A DNA stretch of 64,000 bases, taken from assembly GCA_030141605.1 (NCBI GenBank), contig JAQGDQ010000967.1, forward strand, positions 1 to 64,000, in the 5' to 3' direction. Below, piece by piece: positions 21,491 to 36,224 of the stretch. A model generated the notes under the pieces. The model was not told the origin of the DNA and did not search any database. It saw only the letters and a program-made list of their open reading frames with translations. The position numbers and the translations under genes were made by a program. The DNA comes from Tubiluchus corallicola (lineage: Eukaryota; Animalia; Priapulida). How positions within the stretch are numbered: the first letter of the stretch is position 1; each line of letters opens with the position of its first letter.

Positions 21491-24400
21491 ATTCTGAACT
21501 CGTGTTTACACAATCGTCCGCTTTTCCTTTAACTGTTCATCTTGAAGGAGTATCGTCAATTGTACACTCCTGTCTGTGACTTTGTGTCGTTTAAATTTTA
21601 AAGCTAGTGTAGGCCTCTTACTTAGTCTATATTCTAACCCTATTATGCTTTATGTATTATTTTATTACATCACATTCATATATATATATTTATTACATTA
21701 TATACATATGCATATATATGTTCATTCATTCATATATTTTATATATATTATTACATTCATATAATATAGTAAAGCGTACACTACCTAAATTTAGTAATGT
21801 CACCTGAAGCCTCTTTACACTCATCAGTTTTTTACAGTACTTGGCTTCGTTAGATGCTGCTCTCATTCTGAAACAATAGTAAAAATGCACCGCTTGTTTT
21901 AACGAAACCAATTTCTTGGCCGAAAATATTATTGCTATTCTGAAATTGAAATGTGGAATGACAACAAATCTTTGCGTCTTTGCAGTCGCTGAAACATTCT
22001 AAATAAAGGTTTCCTTTTACTGACGAGTGGTACTACGAAAATGGCTGACAGTGAAAAAAAATGCTGCCTTCTGCGCAATTTTTTGTTGTTGTTGTTTTTG
22101 CATATAAAATTAGTTTTGTTGCAAAGTAGCTTATATTTGCACTAGGCCTCAAAAACTGTAGAAACATGTAAAGAGCAACAAGAATAGAGTGCATCTATTT
22201 TATTTGTTTATTTATTGCTAAAAAGGGTTAAAGCAAAACCTGACCCAATCTTAAACTGTAGGACAAAACGATTCACTCTTTAAAATATTGAAAGGAAACG
22301 TACTATTTTTTCAAAAGTTTCATGCTATTTTAAAATTTTAAAAGACGCAATGAACACAGTGACATACCCTGAAATAGTCCTCTTCTTTAGAATTTGTTAA
22401 TCTATGTAATCGAGGGCAGTCACAAAAAGAAATTTGTTTCTGTCTTACCTCATAGATGTCAGTAGTGAGGGAGCGAAAAAATTCTTCAAGCTTTGTGAAT
22501 GTTTAAAGCTGAATCTTGGAATATTTAGAATCAGTTGAAATCAAGTTGTTTATTTCCTACTGGTTAGCAGTAATGATTTAAATTTTTTTCAGTGCACATT
22601 TTTTCACGCTTTGTTTTTCAGTTTCGCATTACTAAATTATCATATAATTATCAATTATTGCATAGTCTCTCTTTTGTATCTTGAACGTTTTATGCTCTGA
22701 TAATTATGGTGTAAGTGGCAACACAACTCGGAAAATTCGATACTTTTTAGCCTCCAATACAACAAGCGTCATACAAAACGGCAACCCTGGTCGAGAGTTG
22801 GCCATAGAAAAACACGGCCTCTTCCTGCATTCGCCAAAAGAACTATTTTATAATGATTATTGCGTTTTACATTTTAAATTTAAAAAATACGCTTTTATAT
22901 GACTGTGAGTAGCAAATAAGTGTATGAATAAATTATAAAATTCCCGGCAGAATGTGCGATAAAAAAATATTGGACGGAAACAGAAGTATTTTTATTGCCC
23001 GATTAAAGAATCCACCATTCTGTTAGTCATATTCGCCAATGTCTATCTGACCAGTTTCTTCTGCAAATAGATTTTTTTAACTTGCTGAGATTTTGTCTTT
23101 TCTAAACACTTAATGTGAAAAAGAAAGGAGAAAATTTCTATTTACGTTGTTGTGGTGCGCATGCGCACAACGAAACTGTGAAAAGTCTTATTGTTTTGTT
23201 ACTACGAAATATGCTAGTTTAAACCTGCTACATATTTTTTTGTCTATAGTCAGTAGCAAATGCAGTTTGTAGAAAAGCTTTAACGAATGTCGCAGATGCG
23301 ACCATTTAATTTACAATTTATTATTTTTGTTTTGTAGTTTTAAACTTCAGTTTTTCATTACCACTAAGTCAGTGCTGCCATCTGTTTGTACACTTGGAAG
23401 TTTCCAATATATGTATGTACTTGCTACTGCTATATGTTTGTATGTAACTGGGTCACTTGGCTTCTCTGTGAATGTAGTAGTTTTTCACACTTGGTAGCAA
23501 GATTAGAGGACAAGCAATAGGCTTAAACAGTTGTGAGGTTATAATAACGTTTTGACTCAGGTGCCATGATATATTGGCTGATGGATTTACATTAACTTTT
23601 GTTTACTACTGTTGATTATGTTTACCATTTTCGTGTATATGTGGATTGACTATGAGACTGATTTTGAGTAAAATACAGATTGCAAAGTTAAACCATGTTT
23701 TCATCCATTGATTTCATCTGTTTAACACGAACATCGCAACTTCAAAAACAGTTTGATAAAACATCCGACATTTAAACCTACCAATGTCGGTTGTTGGCTC
23801 TCCCCAAAACACCATAACGACAGCTTTCGTGTCACGACAACGAAACTATGTATAGAACCTAAAATCTCGAAACCCAGTTGAAAAGTAAAGACTGGTGCTA
23901 CAATGTCGCCAATGTGATGTTTGTGAAAGGCAAACTTTGAAGAACTTTGATAAACTTTATTTTTCTGCTTTTTCCTTGAATATATTTAATTCTTTTTTTA
24001 ATAATATTTTTATATGGAAAATCTGTTTATTCTTTTTTCTGGTGATTGTGGGAAATTTTTTATTTTTTATGTAAAATTTTGTGGAAGTGGGGAGGATTGT
24101 TTAGAGTAATATATAATTACATATTATGTTTTCCTTTCTCAACTTTCAGGTTTATTGCTCTTATACCATTGCTATTATTACGTCATTTACTTCATGCTTA
24201 TTTACGTTAAGTTATCTACAGAAGCATGCATAACTATAATCATTTTTCCATTTAAGTAAGCTGAGTGTGTTAATGACCGTATGGTCGTACACTCACCTCG
24301 CACTACTCAAATTATTTTATTTAAAGTTTATTAATGTGTTTGATATTGTATTTTTTGACGTGAAATAAAATTCATAGTTCAGAGAGATGTTTTTTCATCA

Positions 24401-24923
24401 TTTCTTTGTCAAGTTAGAGAGTGAGAGTTTTGTAGTGGTTAGAACCGCCGATCTTTAGATTTAGCTGTACAATACGTACAAACTATTGCATGAGTTTAAT
24501 TTTGACTTTATCTAGGTAAAATACAAGATAATAATACGTACTGTGATTCATTTGCCCCTGTTAACTGACTTGTACGTTTTTACAACATCGCTTGTTCATA
24601 ATAGTTATTAATTATTTAACAATTACTTGCTAAATATAAGATGGGGTCTTTTTTCCTGTTTTTTTCTGATGCGCGCAAATGCTACGCTGTGGCAGAAATT
24701 TCGGAATAATCGTATTGTTTGACGGTCGTTGAACTAGCAGAATAATGTAGTGTTTTATTCCTCCCACAGGTGGCGGCACTTGTTGCGTGAAAGAGCACAA
24801 AATGGCACCATGATAGTTTCTCGGATTTGTGGAGAATGTAGAATATTGTTCCTGGATTTGTGTTCGTTTATCAGTGATTGATTATCGATTGTGTCACAGT
24901 GAAACGCAAAGCTGGAGAGCAAA

Positions 24924-24987
24924 ATGAATGGAGAGATTCCCAACGTGCCGATCATGACGTTGGCGGGAATCGTCAGCTTGTCTGACT
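24924..24987 (+). CDS. NIPBL: NIPBL first coding segment (exon 24770-24987 includes 5' UTR)
   Basis: ATG at 24924; MNGEIPNVPIMTLAGIVSLSD; acceptor ctcccacag| before 24770; donor T|GTAAGT. Confidence 0.93.
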
Positions 24988-27960
24988 GTAAGTAAAATTC
25001 ATTTTTCAATGTTCATTCTTCCGTTTTTCTTTTGTTTTAAATGCGCTTTCTATCAAAACCACAATGTATTGTTACACCGGTTTCTACGCAGCCTAGTAAT
25101 GATAATAAACTAGTGTTAATCGCTGTACGGCTTGCTCAATTTTGAATTTTGTGGTCGTTTTGTTCTTGGAGGTACTGTACCTAAAATTTGTTGACATGGG
25201 CTGCCATCTATAATGTCTGCTTCGCTTGATGTACAGTAGTTTCGCAGCTCTGCTTGTGTGGCAAGGGATGTTGTTATAGGGATGTAAGCTGCCTAGTTTA
25301 CCAAACTGAAATTAATATTTCTTTGTAATTTGAATTTCTTGATGTCGGCATCATCAATAACTAGTGTTTTAATGTAATTGCTTTTTTAATTTCTGTACGT
25401 TTTTAATTTGCTTGTTTGTATTTAAAAAGTGGAAAAGTGTTCAGCTATATTGAAATTGGAATTCATTTTATCATCTGTCTGTTACACATTTCCTAACATT
25501 TTTCTTTTTTTTTCATTTCCATGTTTCACAAATGGACACAATATACAATACATTTATGTTATATTAGAAATTATAAAAAACTGTCAAGCGAAGTAAGAAC
25601 TTTGAAGTCAATAGAGACTTGTTTGTCCAATATTTTAATGATCTGTTAGTTTTCATAATTTATAAGCATAAAAGCCAGTAAAAGTTGACATTGTGATTAA
25701 AAGAGTAGAGCGTACAAAATATAACTAGTAATTTTAAAATTCTTTACATCATAAAAAATTTATAATTGTACTATAAAAATACATCTACACATGCTTGGGT
25801 AAAAACAGGAACATTGCCTTGAAGGTAAATGAAGCCACATTCATTTTTTAAAAACGCCTAGAGAATTTGCTTTTGTTACTACATTGAAAAGACTATTGCA
25901 AAGTGTATTTAATGATGTTAATTTTGAATTTATGGCAGTGAAAGTTGCTATGTTGTTTGCCCATTTTGTTTTTCACATAATTTTGTGCTTTGAAATATTT
26001 TAAAAGGCAACTTTTATATCAATTTTCCCATTATTCTGCAATTTTTTTTAATTTGTTTGTAGTGAATTGGTGATTATTCTTCATTCCTGTATTTTTCCAT
26101 GTTGTTTTGTTTTATTTTGTCATTTTTTATTATGGTTTTATTGACAAGAATTTGTGGCTACCAACTGCTTTGTCCTTGTCACTTAGTACTTTGTACAATG
26201 ATCAGTATCAGATGATTGAAAATTTGGAATAGTTCCAAAAAAGGTTTTTGACATATTTCCAGCTCTTGTCATTCAACTTTGGTGTCTTACAGAAATTGTG
26301 TGTCGTAATAATTTCGCTATTGTTGGCAGACTTCCGTTATTTCGTTGTACCATTATTACAGCAAGATGTTTTTCAACAAAATGGGCTTTTCCAGTTCTTG
26401 TTAAGTATACATGTAATGTGGTATTAGTACGACACGTAAGTTACACTTTAGGTCGAAATTTTGCAAGCAGTTTTTGTACGTAAGTTACACTTTAGGTCGA
26501 AATTTTGCGAGCAGTTTTCATTGGCAATGATTTCCGTCACACGTGTTTGTCAATGGCTAAAGCAGCCTTTGGTGATAATCGGGCAATTTCTTTTCATTCA
26601 GATTTACTATAAAATCTTGGCACTGATCACTCTTGGTTTACTAATCCGTCCGAGTGTGTTTTTGCGTCACAAAAAAATTGTTGTGTAACAGATTGTAGTA
26701 ACTGCAGTAACAGGTGAACATTGCGCGAGATATTTATTGTGTAATCATCAGCGCGAATAGAGATGCACATGCGATTTTACCACAAATATGTGATACGTCG
26801 GAACTGAAATGAGAGGTATAAAGCCTGTCTTTTGTGCAACGGTGAAAAACTAACTGCACAAATGTGAAATTGTACTTGTGTGAAAATGATTCTTTCATGT
26901 AAATCATTCTTGAAAAAAATGTTGATTATTTTTAATAATTTGTACATTCAGTCTTTTTGAGCTATGACTTAACGTTGGTGCAATTGTGCTTTAATATTGC
27001 GTGGCAGCTATCCAGGGAAATTACTTCTCTAAAATTGGTTGTAGTTACTTCTAAAACATCTGAAAGTCGAGTTCATTATGTTGTCAAAAATTACACGTCT
27101 ATTTTCAATCGGAAAATTAGTGACAGTGTTTCAGTATAACAGTATTCAGTAAACAGAGTTACAAGATTGAAAAACGGCTACCGAAATACACTTTAGTTGA
27201 ACACTTAATTTTTTTAGATTTACCTGAATCTTGTTTAAAGTATTTTTCGCGTTCTGTTGATTTTTTTCTAATTTAATTTCGGCACCATTTGCGTGGTGAT
27301 GCTTTTCTGTACAAGCCTGTACAACTAAATACATTAAATTATTTTACACTTCTTGACATATGATTGTTTCTCTCAATTGCATTGCTCTAGTAAGAATTGT
27401 TTGTGCATTGTTTAACGGACAGATTGTAATTTAGTGTGTTGCATTACACTGTAGGTCACTTCCATTTGAAAAATACAGCTGTTCTAGAGTTGTGTGTTTT
27501 TAATGAAAAAAATTTTCTTGTACAAAATAATTCTGTCATCCTTGAAATGTCCGGGATTTGTGTTTTTTTTATTTTAAAGACAATTTCAACAGGTTACGAA
27601 GTTGTGATTAGCGATCCCTTTCTTTTGTGTGATTTTTCGGCTGTAATTTTTGCACTAAAGCCACCATTTCAGCTACTAAACCCGTGTTACTGATGTTCCC
27701 AAACCCCTAGAATTAAAATTAGCTGCGCCTGTACCAACCAAGAATGTTTATTTGGATCAAAAAGCAAATTTGAAATTTCCAGATGTTTCAAAATGATACT
27801 GTGTGATGGAAGAAAAAATTTTCTCCACAAATAATGATTAGCGGTCATTGCTAATCAATCTTTATAGGTTTTTTGTGTAGCATTTTGTTAAAAATAATTT
27901 ATTTGCACTTCTGCTTATAATTTGCGCGTATTATAGGGTTCACTAATTTTTAATGATTGA

Positions 27961-28008
<48 letters not shown>

Positions 28009-31000
28009 CCAATCATTAAAAATATGTATATATACATTTCAATATACATCAATGCAGTAAAAATGCAAAAAACCAGTACTGCGTCTGAAAGATATTATCT
28101 ACTTATCAATAATGTTGACAGCCACCTTAAACTGATTTTAAAAATTACAACATGCAAAATGTTGCATTTCAGTGTGAAGCATTTTCAAGCGTTATACATA
28201 GCAATAAATTCAATTCAAATTTGAAATTGTGTAGTAGTCGGTCGAATTTACGTAAATGCTACACATCGCCAGATGAAATTTTCACTGCAGTGGGCCTATA
28301 TAGTTGGCTTACTACAGTTCTGCAGTATTTTCCCCTGATGTATATTTTTGGTTTCAGTTTTGCTCTTCCTCTGGCATGTTAACTTAGGAAAGTTCATATC
28401 ATTCTAAGTTCTTGATTTTATTATTCATAAATATATAATGCGTGACAATTCAATTCAATTTATTTGAATTCTGTTGACACTGTACGTAAAACTGTTTGTT
28501 TGTATATTAGTATTATTTCTGTATATTATATTAATTACAGAATTATGTCATTGTATCAAGTTTGTATATCAGATCTGCAGCTGAGAATCTATTATTTTTG
28601 AGATTATTAGTTGCAATAATTACTCAGCAGAGCATACCTGCCAATCACTGCCGTGGTGTATGGGTTAAAACGTTGCGTTCTGTGCTGACGTGTGAAATGA
28701 CCTTGAGTAACTTTCACCTGGTTAAGCCTTTAGTTTCCTAACATCACCCACAGTCCGCCCATATTACGACAACGATTTTGACTTCAGGTGATCTGTGACA
28801 TTAATTATTGTGCAATTCGATTTTTGTGAACGCAGTGAACGTTAGAAATGCTTCAAATGTACGCGACGAAGTGTGTGAGTGTTTATAGTCCTGCTGGTGT
28901 TGTTGTTGTTTACTGTGAAATTACATTTTACAAACAACGAAATTCCCTCCGTGATTTGTTCGACGTGCGTATTCTTTCTTTGGATCGTTATTTAGTCAGC
29001 CTAATATTACCAACTAGCAAATACATTCTGCTGTTCGAATTCTTTCTTCCTATATGTTCATTGATGATGACCGTATGTTGTATATGACCTATGCTGTATA
29101 TACGTATTTTGTATGTGACGTATGCTGTACATGACGTATTCTGTGTATGACGTATGCTGTACATGACGTATCTGTGTATAACGTATGCTGTATATGACGT
29201 ATGTTGAATGTATGTGACATATGCTGTATAAGACGTATGTTGTACATGACGTATGCTGTACATGACGTATGTTGTATATGACGTATGCTGTATAAGACTA
29301 TGTTGTACATGACGTATGCTGTACATGACGTATGCTGTATATGACCTGTCCTGTATATGACGTATGTTGTATAAGAGGTATGCTGTACATGACGTATGTT
29401 GTATATGACGTATGCTGTACATGACGTATGTTGTATAAGACGTATGATAAGCCGCTTTGTCGTGTTTCAAGGTCATAAATTTTTCATCGAATCAGGGTAA
29501 AGAAGCTGTCTAATTCACCTAATCTGAATAATTAAATTTTTTGCACTATCTTCACTAACTTCTTGTAAATATTTTTCAAAAAATCGTGACTAATAACCGG
29601 TTTTTTTAATGTTTAATGCAGATGCCACTGGACAAGCATCTATATTTTTTTAGATTTTTTTATATATGATCACTAAGCGTTGCAGACTGTTGCACATAAT
29701 TAATGCATCTGCTTTGAGCTCAGGATACTTGCAGCTGACAGAGAAAGAGTGAATGAATAGAATGAACGAAGGTTGCTAATCCGGAAAAGAAAGAATGGGA
29801 ATAAATGAATGAAATGCAGCAGAAATAAATCACGATCCAGTGAAAACAGTTGCAAACTGAGTATCATATAGTGCTAGCACTACACTAAATCACGAGCCTT
29901 GCTTTTTTTAAGAATAGTAGAAATGCTTGATATATTTTTTTTATTTTACATTTATTTTAGTGCAAGGAAAGTACCTTAGACCAGTGAGCAAAACTTAATT
30001 AAAAATCTCTCTTTAAAATAACTGGAAGATGTATAAAAAACATATTTATATGAAGAGCAGAGGATTAGTAGGAGTAAGCTAAATATTTAAGAAAGTTTAA
30101 TAAGTTTACTGTATAATTTCATTACTTGAATTTAAAACTCCCTGATGAAGGCTAAAAGTACTTTTACAATCTCTTTAAAAGATTGCAACCATTCTTTGCA
30201 CATATTCTAGCAGTTCTGGTGACTTATACTAGGCAAAAACATCGTTAATGTAAAATAGCATGTCGCTTTTAGTTTTCTAACAGTACCAAGATTAAAACTG
30301 ATACAGAGATTAGAACAGTAGAAACGTGAACAATAAACTTTAAACAGAATGCGTATGTCATCAACAATGCAAAAACTAAAATTTCTGTAAAAATATCGAA
30401 CATATTTCTTACTAATATTTGCATTTCAGTACGCCTTTGATTGAGTTCAATATAAAATATTGATGTGACTAGTAGAGACTGTTAGTTGGTGTTGTTACTG
30501 TATATTGTATATGATCTCTGTCATTTACTTAGTAGCCTAGCAATTGTAAAAATGTACTGTGTAGTGTACATAAAATAACTGGACGAAACAGATGAGCTAC
30601 GGTCAAATGTTATCTGAATCTAGCTACTTAATTCTAGTGCAGAATTCATTTTGTGCATTAAAATTTCACTTCAGTTTTGTCATGTTGTCGTTGTGAACGA
30701 CCGAAAATCATAAAAAAATACATTTAATTTGCAATCAGATTAATAACCTGTAAAACCGCTATTACTGTAGTACATATGGCTTCTATCTATCTGTTACCTA
30801 TTCTAGAAAATGGGTCTAACCTAATAGTGAACGGTTTGCTCTAGTTTTGCTATATTCTGTACTACCTGTTGGCTTTTACAAGACATTATATGCAGACATC
30901 ATTTTACCTAGATTTCTGTGGAAACTTCTGTATCAATAAACGTTTAAAGTTTATTCTACTGTTATACCTTTTGTCAACACGACACATGTTTATCTGAATC

Positions 31001-34000
31001 CAAAAAATGTTAACAGCAACGTTGATTTAAATGCGCTGTTGTCGTAATTTTTGTGCCAAAATTTGCTTTCTTACCATCATGTCAAATTTATTTAAAATTG
31101 AATGCTAATCAATGATACTTGCTATTCTTTCGCTATTTCTTGATTTATGTTGTTGGATTATATGCGAATGGCTATTAATTTACAAATTTATATCTGAGAA
31201 GTTTAAGTTTTAATACAAAAACTTGCAGAACTCGATTATTATATTCTTGTTGGTGTAACCTTCTGTTTAGTGGGCTTCAGTCACAGTAAGGGCTGCGTTT
31301 GTGAGTTGCAGTGCGCATGCGTCACTTTGTTTGCTTAGTGAGAGCTCGCTTGAACTGTTGTAGGATTTAGTCATGCTCACAGTATGCTCTTGGATGGCGA
31401 CTCCTATTCAATAGAGAGGGAGAGAGCGAGTGGGGAGCTAGCAGGAGGTTGTGCAGAAGTTTTAAAATGCATTGTATGGTGTGCGGAATACTTACTATAA
31501 AATATTTCTGTGCCTTAAGAACTTAGAGGGTTGCCCTTGATAGTGATATGAGTGCCGGTCGTGCCTCGATCTTTCATAGTCATCTGAAATAGGATGTGTT
31601 CTGGATGCAGTCAAAATTACAAAATATATGTTAATGAAATTGTTTTGAAAATTCAGTATTTTTTAATTTGGTTTATTCAAGTGTTTCATGCGAACTTGTA
31701 GCGAAATTATAATTAGAATGGAAGTTTTAATTTTCCTCGTGTAGAGTTTAAATTCTCAATTCGGTGTGAATCTTATCACGTGAACGTATTTTTTCTGTGT
31801 ACTGAGGACTTTTGTTGGTTTCAGCGGAATGTGCTAATTTGTGTACCTGCCATTTCACGTTGTCAGTTGAAAGCTTTTTGCAAAACTTCGTATTGTCGTG
31901 CTCGTAGTCAAATAAACTTTTTTGACTGGAATTACTGCTTGGCAGTAACGCGCACATTCTTTTTTATTATTTCAAATCGCACCGTAGTTGATACACTTCT
32001 GGCTAGCGCTGTGGGCAAACTACAACGTTCTAATTTGTAAAATGTTGCTAATTTCTTTTAGAAATTGATCCAGTGTCAACCACTGTATTACCATATCGAC
32101 TGTTTGACATTTGAAGACACGCATTTAGCTTTTTCGTTCCTTTCCGTTCCATATTTTACAAATTCAAATTGCTGTGTAGAATGACGTCTGTCAAAAATAC
32201 TAGCTTTGTTGTACGACAACAATTCAACTAATGCAAGGTATGTCCTTGGCACATTAACTTTCACAACATGGGCCTTATTTAAATAGTGTCAGTCGTAAGG
32301 TGGAAATGATACGTCCTCAGTAACAATTATAATTAGCGGGCGTCGTTAGCAACGGTGCTGACAGTGGAAACAGTGGGTGACAGGGGAAAATTACGCCTTC
32401 TAGTGGCATGTAAGGAAAGGGGAGAAATATTTCCAGAAAAAAATCTATCCTGTTTAAATTTAAGTTAGTATTAGTAATAATAGTTAATAGCATAGCTGTC
32501 TAGACATTGTGAACGTTTACAGGCCTTGGCAAAATGAAACCCACTAGCTGTCTAGACATCGTGAACATTTACAGCCCTTGATCAAAATGAAACCATCGGG
32601 CTGCGAAGGAAAGACGGACACACATATTCACATAGCCTAGAAGCAGGGTTGAAGTATAGGCTTCAGTCTAGTGTCACTCAAGCTTGGGGGGGGGCATATT
32701 TTGTATTGATGAATAATTCATATAAGTTAAAATAAAATTTCAACTTTAAAAAGGGATGCCTGGAAGTCTGAAAATCGCCTGTTCAATTGAGATAAAGGAT
32801 CCGTGTTTGTGGCCCTTTATTTGAGACAAGGGGCTCCTGCTTGAGGCTTTTTAGTTGAGACAAGGGGCCCTTGTTTGTGGCCCTTTATTTGAGACAAGGG
32901 GCGCTTGTTTGAGGCCTTTTATTTGAGACAAGGGGCTCCTGTTTGAGTCCCTTTAATTGAGACATTGGGCCCCAGTTATGCAGATGTTGCTAAAATATAT
33001 CAAAGTAAAAACTATTCAAAGAGTGAATGGCGAATTAGAAGATGGCTTCGCCTGAGGGGGGCCCATAATTTCATTAGCCCAGGTGCCCCAAAAGATCATA
33101 ATCCGCCCCTGCTTAGAAAGCTCGTGTTACTATTACCTTAATGGATTTTTGTAGAATGAATAAATTAAATTTCGTTATGTTATGCACTGTCTTGGGTATT
33201 TTTGGCTCGACCACTGCGTGCCACCCCCGCAGCGTCGTGAATGGACTCGACCACTGTGCGCCACCCCCGCAGCGTCGTGAATGGGCTCGACCATTGTTTC
33301 ACCCCCGCAACGTCGTGAATGGACTCGACCGCTTGTCTGTCTGCTGGATCTTGCTGCGCCGCTGTTCAGTAAACAGACTGTACAAGGGACGCCTACACTC
33401 ACGTTTGCGAGGGGTGAGTAGTCTTTCCGGGCCTCATCTTTTCTTACTTTGCGTGGCTAGCTGCTGGACAGGTTCGATTTGTGCATTTTTTATTATTTTT
33501 TTTAAAAAACTAACGTTCTTCGACGCATGTTTTTTTGATTGGATACGTGCCAAGCTGCAATGACGTCACAGATGAGAGAGAGGCTGAACAAATGCTGTAC
33601 CTGCGTTCTCTGTACATTGCTGGTTTGTCGACATGACGTGTGTACAGACAGACTGTACGTAAGCAGCAGTTCGTCTAACTATGTGTGACGAGATTTTGGC
33701 TCTAGTTTGCTTGCAGCATATATGGAAATGAATCCAGTAGGTTTTCTATGTTGTACTTTGACTTGTAGTTACTTGGGCATAAGTTACGTGTCTAATTTAG
33801 GCATAGTTCTTGCTGTCTGCTTGGTGCATGTTTAAAGATGTTCATTTGTTTATCTCTGGTATTAAAATTTACTTTAGGAATGACTTTGGGAAATCCAGCG
33901 CAAAATTATGTAGCAAACTCTTTCTTCTGCTTCCATCATCCTCGACACAATTTTCAAAATCCCCATCATCAGCTTCTATATATAAAAAAGTCTTTGCCTT

Positions 34001-36153
34001 TTTGTTGTTTGACTAATTGAGTTTTTGAGGCTCTGATTTTGAAATCGAGGGACAGGGTCTGTTGTACTGTGTAAGTATGATTGATCCAGAGCTTATTCTA
34101 ATTCACTGTGTCTTATTTAAACGCGTGCCGCATGCGTACGTTGTAACTGCAGTACTTGGTGCTGTACGTTGACGCGTGCCGCATGCGTACATTGTAACTG
34201 CACTACTTGGTGCTGTACGTTGACGCGTGCCGCATGCATACATTGTTACTGCAGTACTTGGTGTTGTAATAGTATTGCAAAGATGCATTGTCTGCATTGA
34301 CACGCTTTTTAATTGTTTACTTAAAATTATGTGCCAAATCATATGCAGGTGCACAGAACTGGAAGGCACTGCCGTATGGTGCTGTGAAACACACGCACGC
34401 AGACACAGGCACTTATTATTCGTGTTTTTACTCCCTACCAAATTCTTCACTCTAATGTTTCAAGGTAAGCTAGGAAAACTACTGACCGTCAAATTTCTAC
34501 TGAGACCCTACAGGCTCTCCCGAATTGGGGAAATTAATACAATAAATGTGACATGAAAATATTTATGTGACAGTCAGAAAAATAGCTCAATTTTACTTGG
34601 AATTTTTAGCCTTGAAATTCCCATCACAAACCATTGAAAAATGGTAGAAGTGAAATAAGTGCAAAAGAACAATTCTAACAGTAATCAGTGTTTAGTTAGT
34701 TTAAACATAATTTATTTTAGGATTGGATGAGACAGTTTGAACTACATGATTTAGGATCCTCACCACAACAGACTTTATACACTATTTACAAAAACATTTA
34801 CAGTAAGAATAGACTATAACTACACAAGCTGACAAGTTTTACTACAAGATTACATGAGACATTAGTAGAAAATGACGGTTAGGAAGTATTAATGTACGAA
34901 TATTTAAGTAATCAGTGTCTTGTGCTGTGCATTATATGATTGTATTTGACAAGCGACTGTGTTATTATATAGTTATCGTTTAGAAGCAAAAAAAGTTTTG
35001 ATGAGAGTTTGCACTTCTGTCTGCTCTGTTTCACTGTGAAGATAGTTCGAGAAGGTAGTGTGCTCGCTTCCCACCTGGCAGGTTGCGGGTTCAACTCCCG
35101 GCCGAGAATACCAAAGATTTAAAAAATGGTGCCGCTGGTTCTTCCATCAAGCACGCGTGTTTTTCAAAGTAACGTGTGCGAATAATAATAATCGGGACCA
35201 TTATGGAAAGAAGTATAGAATTACGTAAGATATTCCTGAATGAAGTTACTATTGTTATTGTAGTGCACACCGGGTTTTTAAAACAAATTTCCACTGTAAA
35301 ATTTTGATCGGCTTGTTCAATTTTCTCAGTGTCCATTCCCACAAGAAATTTTGATTCATAAAAATGCTGCAATGGAATTAAAAAGCACGACATTAGAGAT
35401 AAATGTTTGTTCGTGTTGGGCAACAATAAAAATCAGTAAATTATTAAAAATGGTGTCATATTTCGAAACAAAACTTATTTTAGTGCTAAATGTTTCAAAC
35501 GCGAAGGTTCTGATAAAACTCTAGTACTCAGCAGGCTGCGTACTAGCTGTATAAGCCAGCGTTTACGAGGGAATTCTACTGCACATGCGCACTAGCGGCG
35601 TGTAGTATGCGTCTGCTCACTTGGCACTCGAGCGAGCACATCAATGAAATGTCTGCGACATTACTCTGCCTTGTAAGTGCCACTGTAGGCTAAGCAAAAT
35701 GGGGGGCTGTGATTTTCGTCACTTAACTACGGTAATTTGAGGAGTCCTTGTACGAATTCTTGTATTACTGCTACAGTCTCTATTAAACACAGGTAACTTT
35801 TGTTATTTAAATCGCTGTCTTGTTTACGTTAACGTTATTGACCTTTGTTAATAACGCATGCAAATCATAGTTCTTTTTTTTTAAATTAGGTTATGTAAAG
35901 TTTTGGTTTGTAAAATATTGTATGAGCAGCACTATTAGTGATTCGTGAAGAATCCCACGACAGGGCCAAGGAAATAACGTGAGGTTTTAAACTATCGCTG
36001 CACTATATATCTATTTTCGGGGGAGAGAGGTCACATAAACGTATAAATCCAGGTAAAAAGGTCGTGTAAAAAAAGAAATAAACCAACCTTAAGATATTGA
36101 ACAAAACTTGATTTCTTTCACATACATGTAATGCCACCATGGATAGATAGATT

Positions 36154-36224
<71 letters not shown>

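Noticed and set aside
34690-34880. Possible solo LTR fragment on the - strand
   Set aside because: No TG...CA ends, TSD or second copy identifiable.
35040-35105. tRNA gene (also the B-box-like GGTTCAAATCC at ~16190)
   Set aside because: I could not fold a cloverleaf with an acceptor stem; the context fits SINE fragments.
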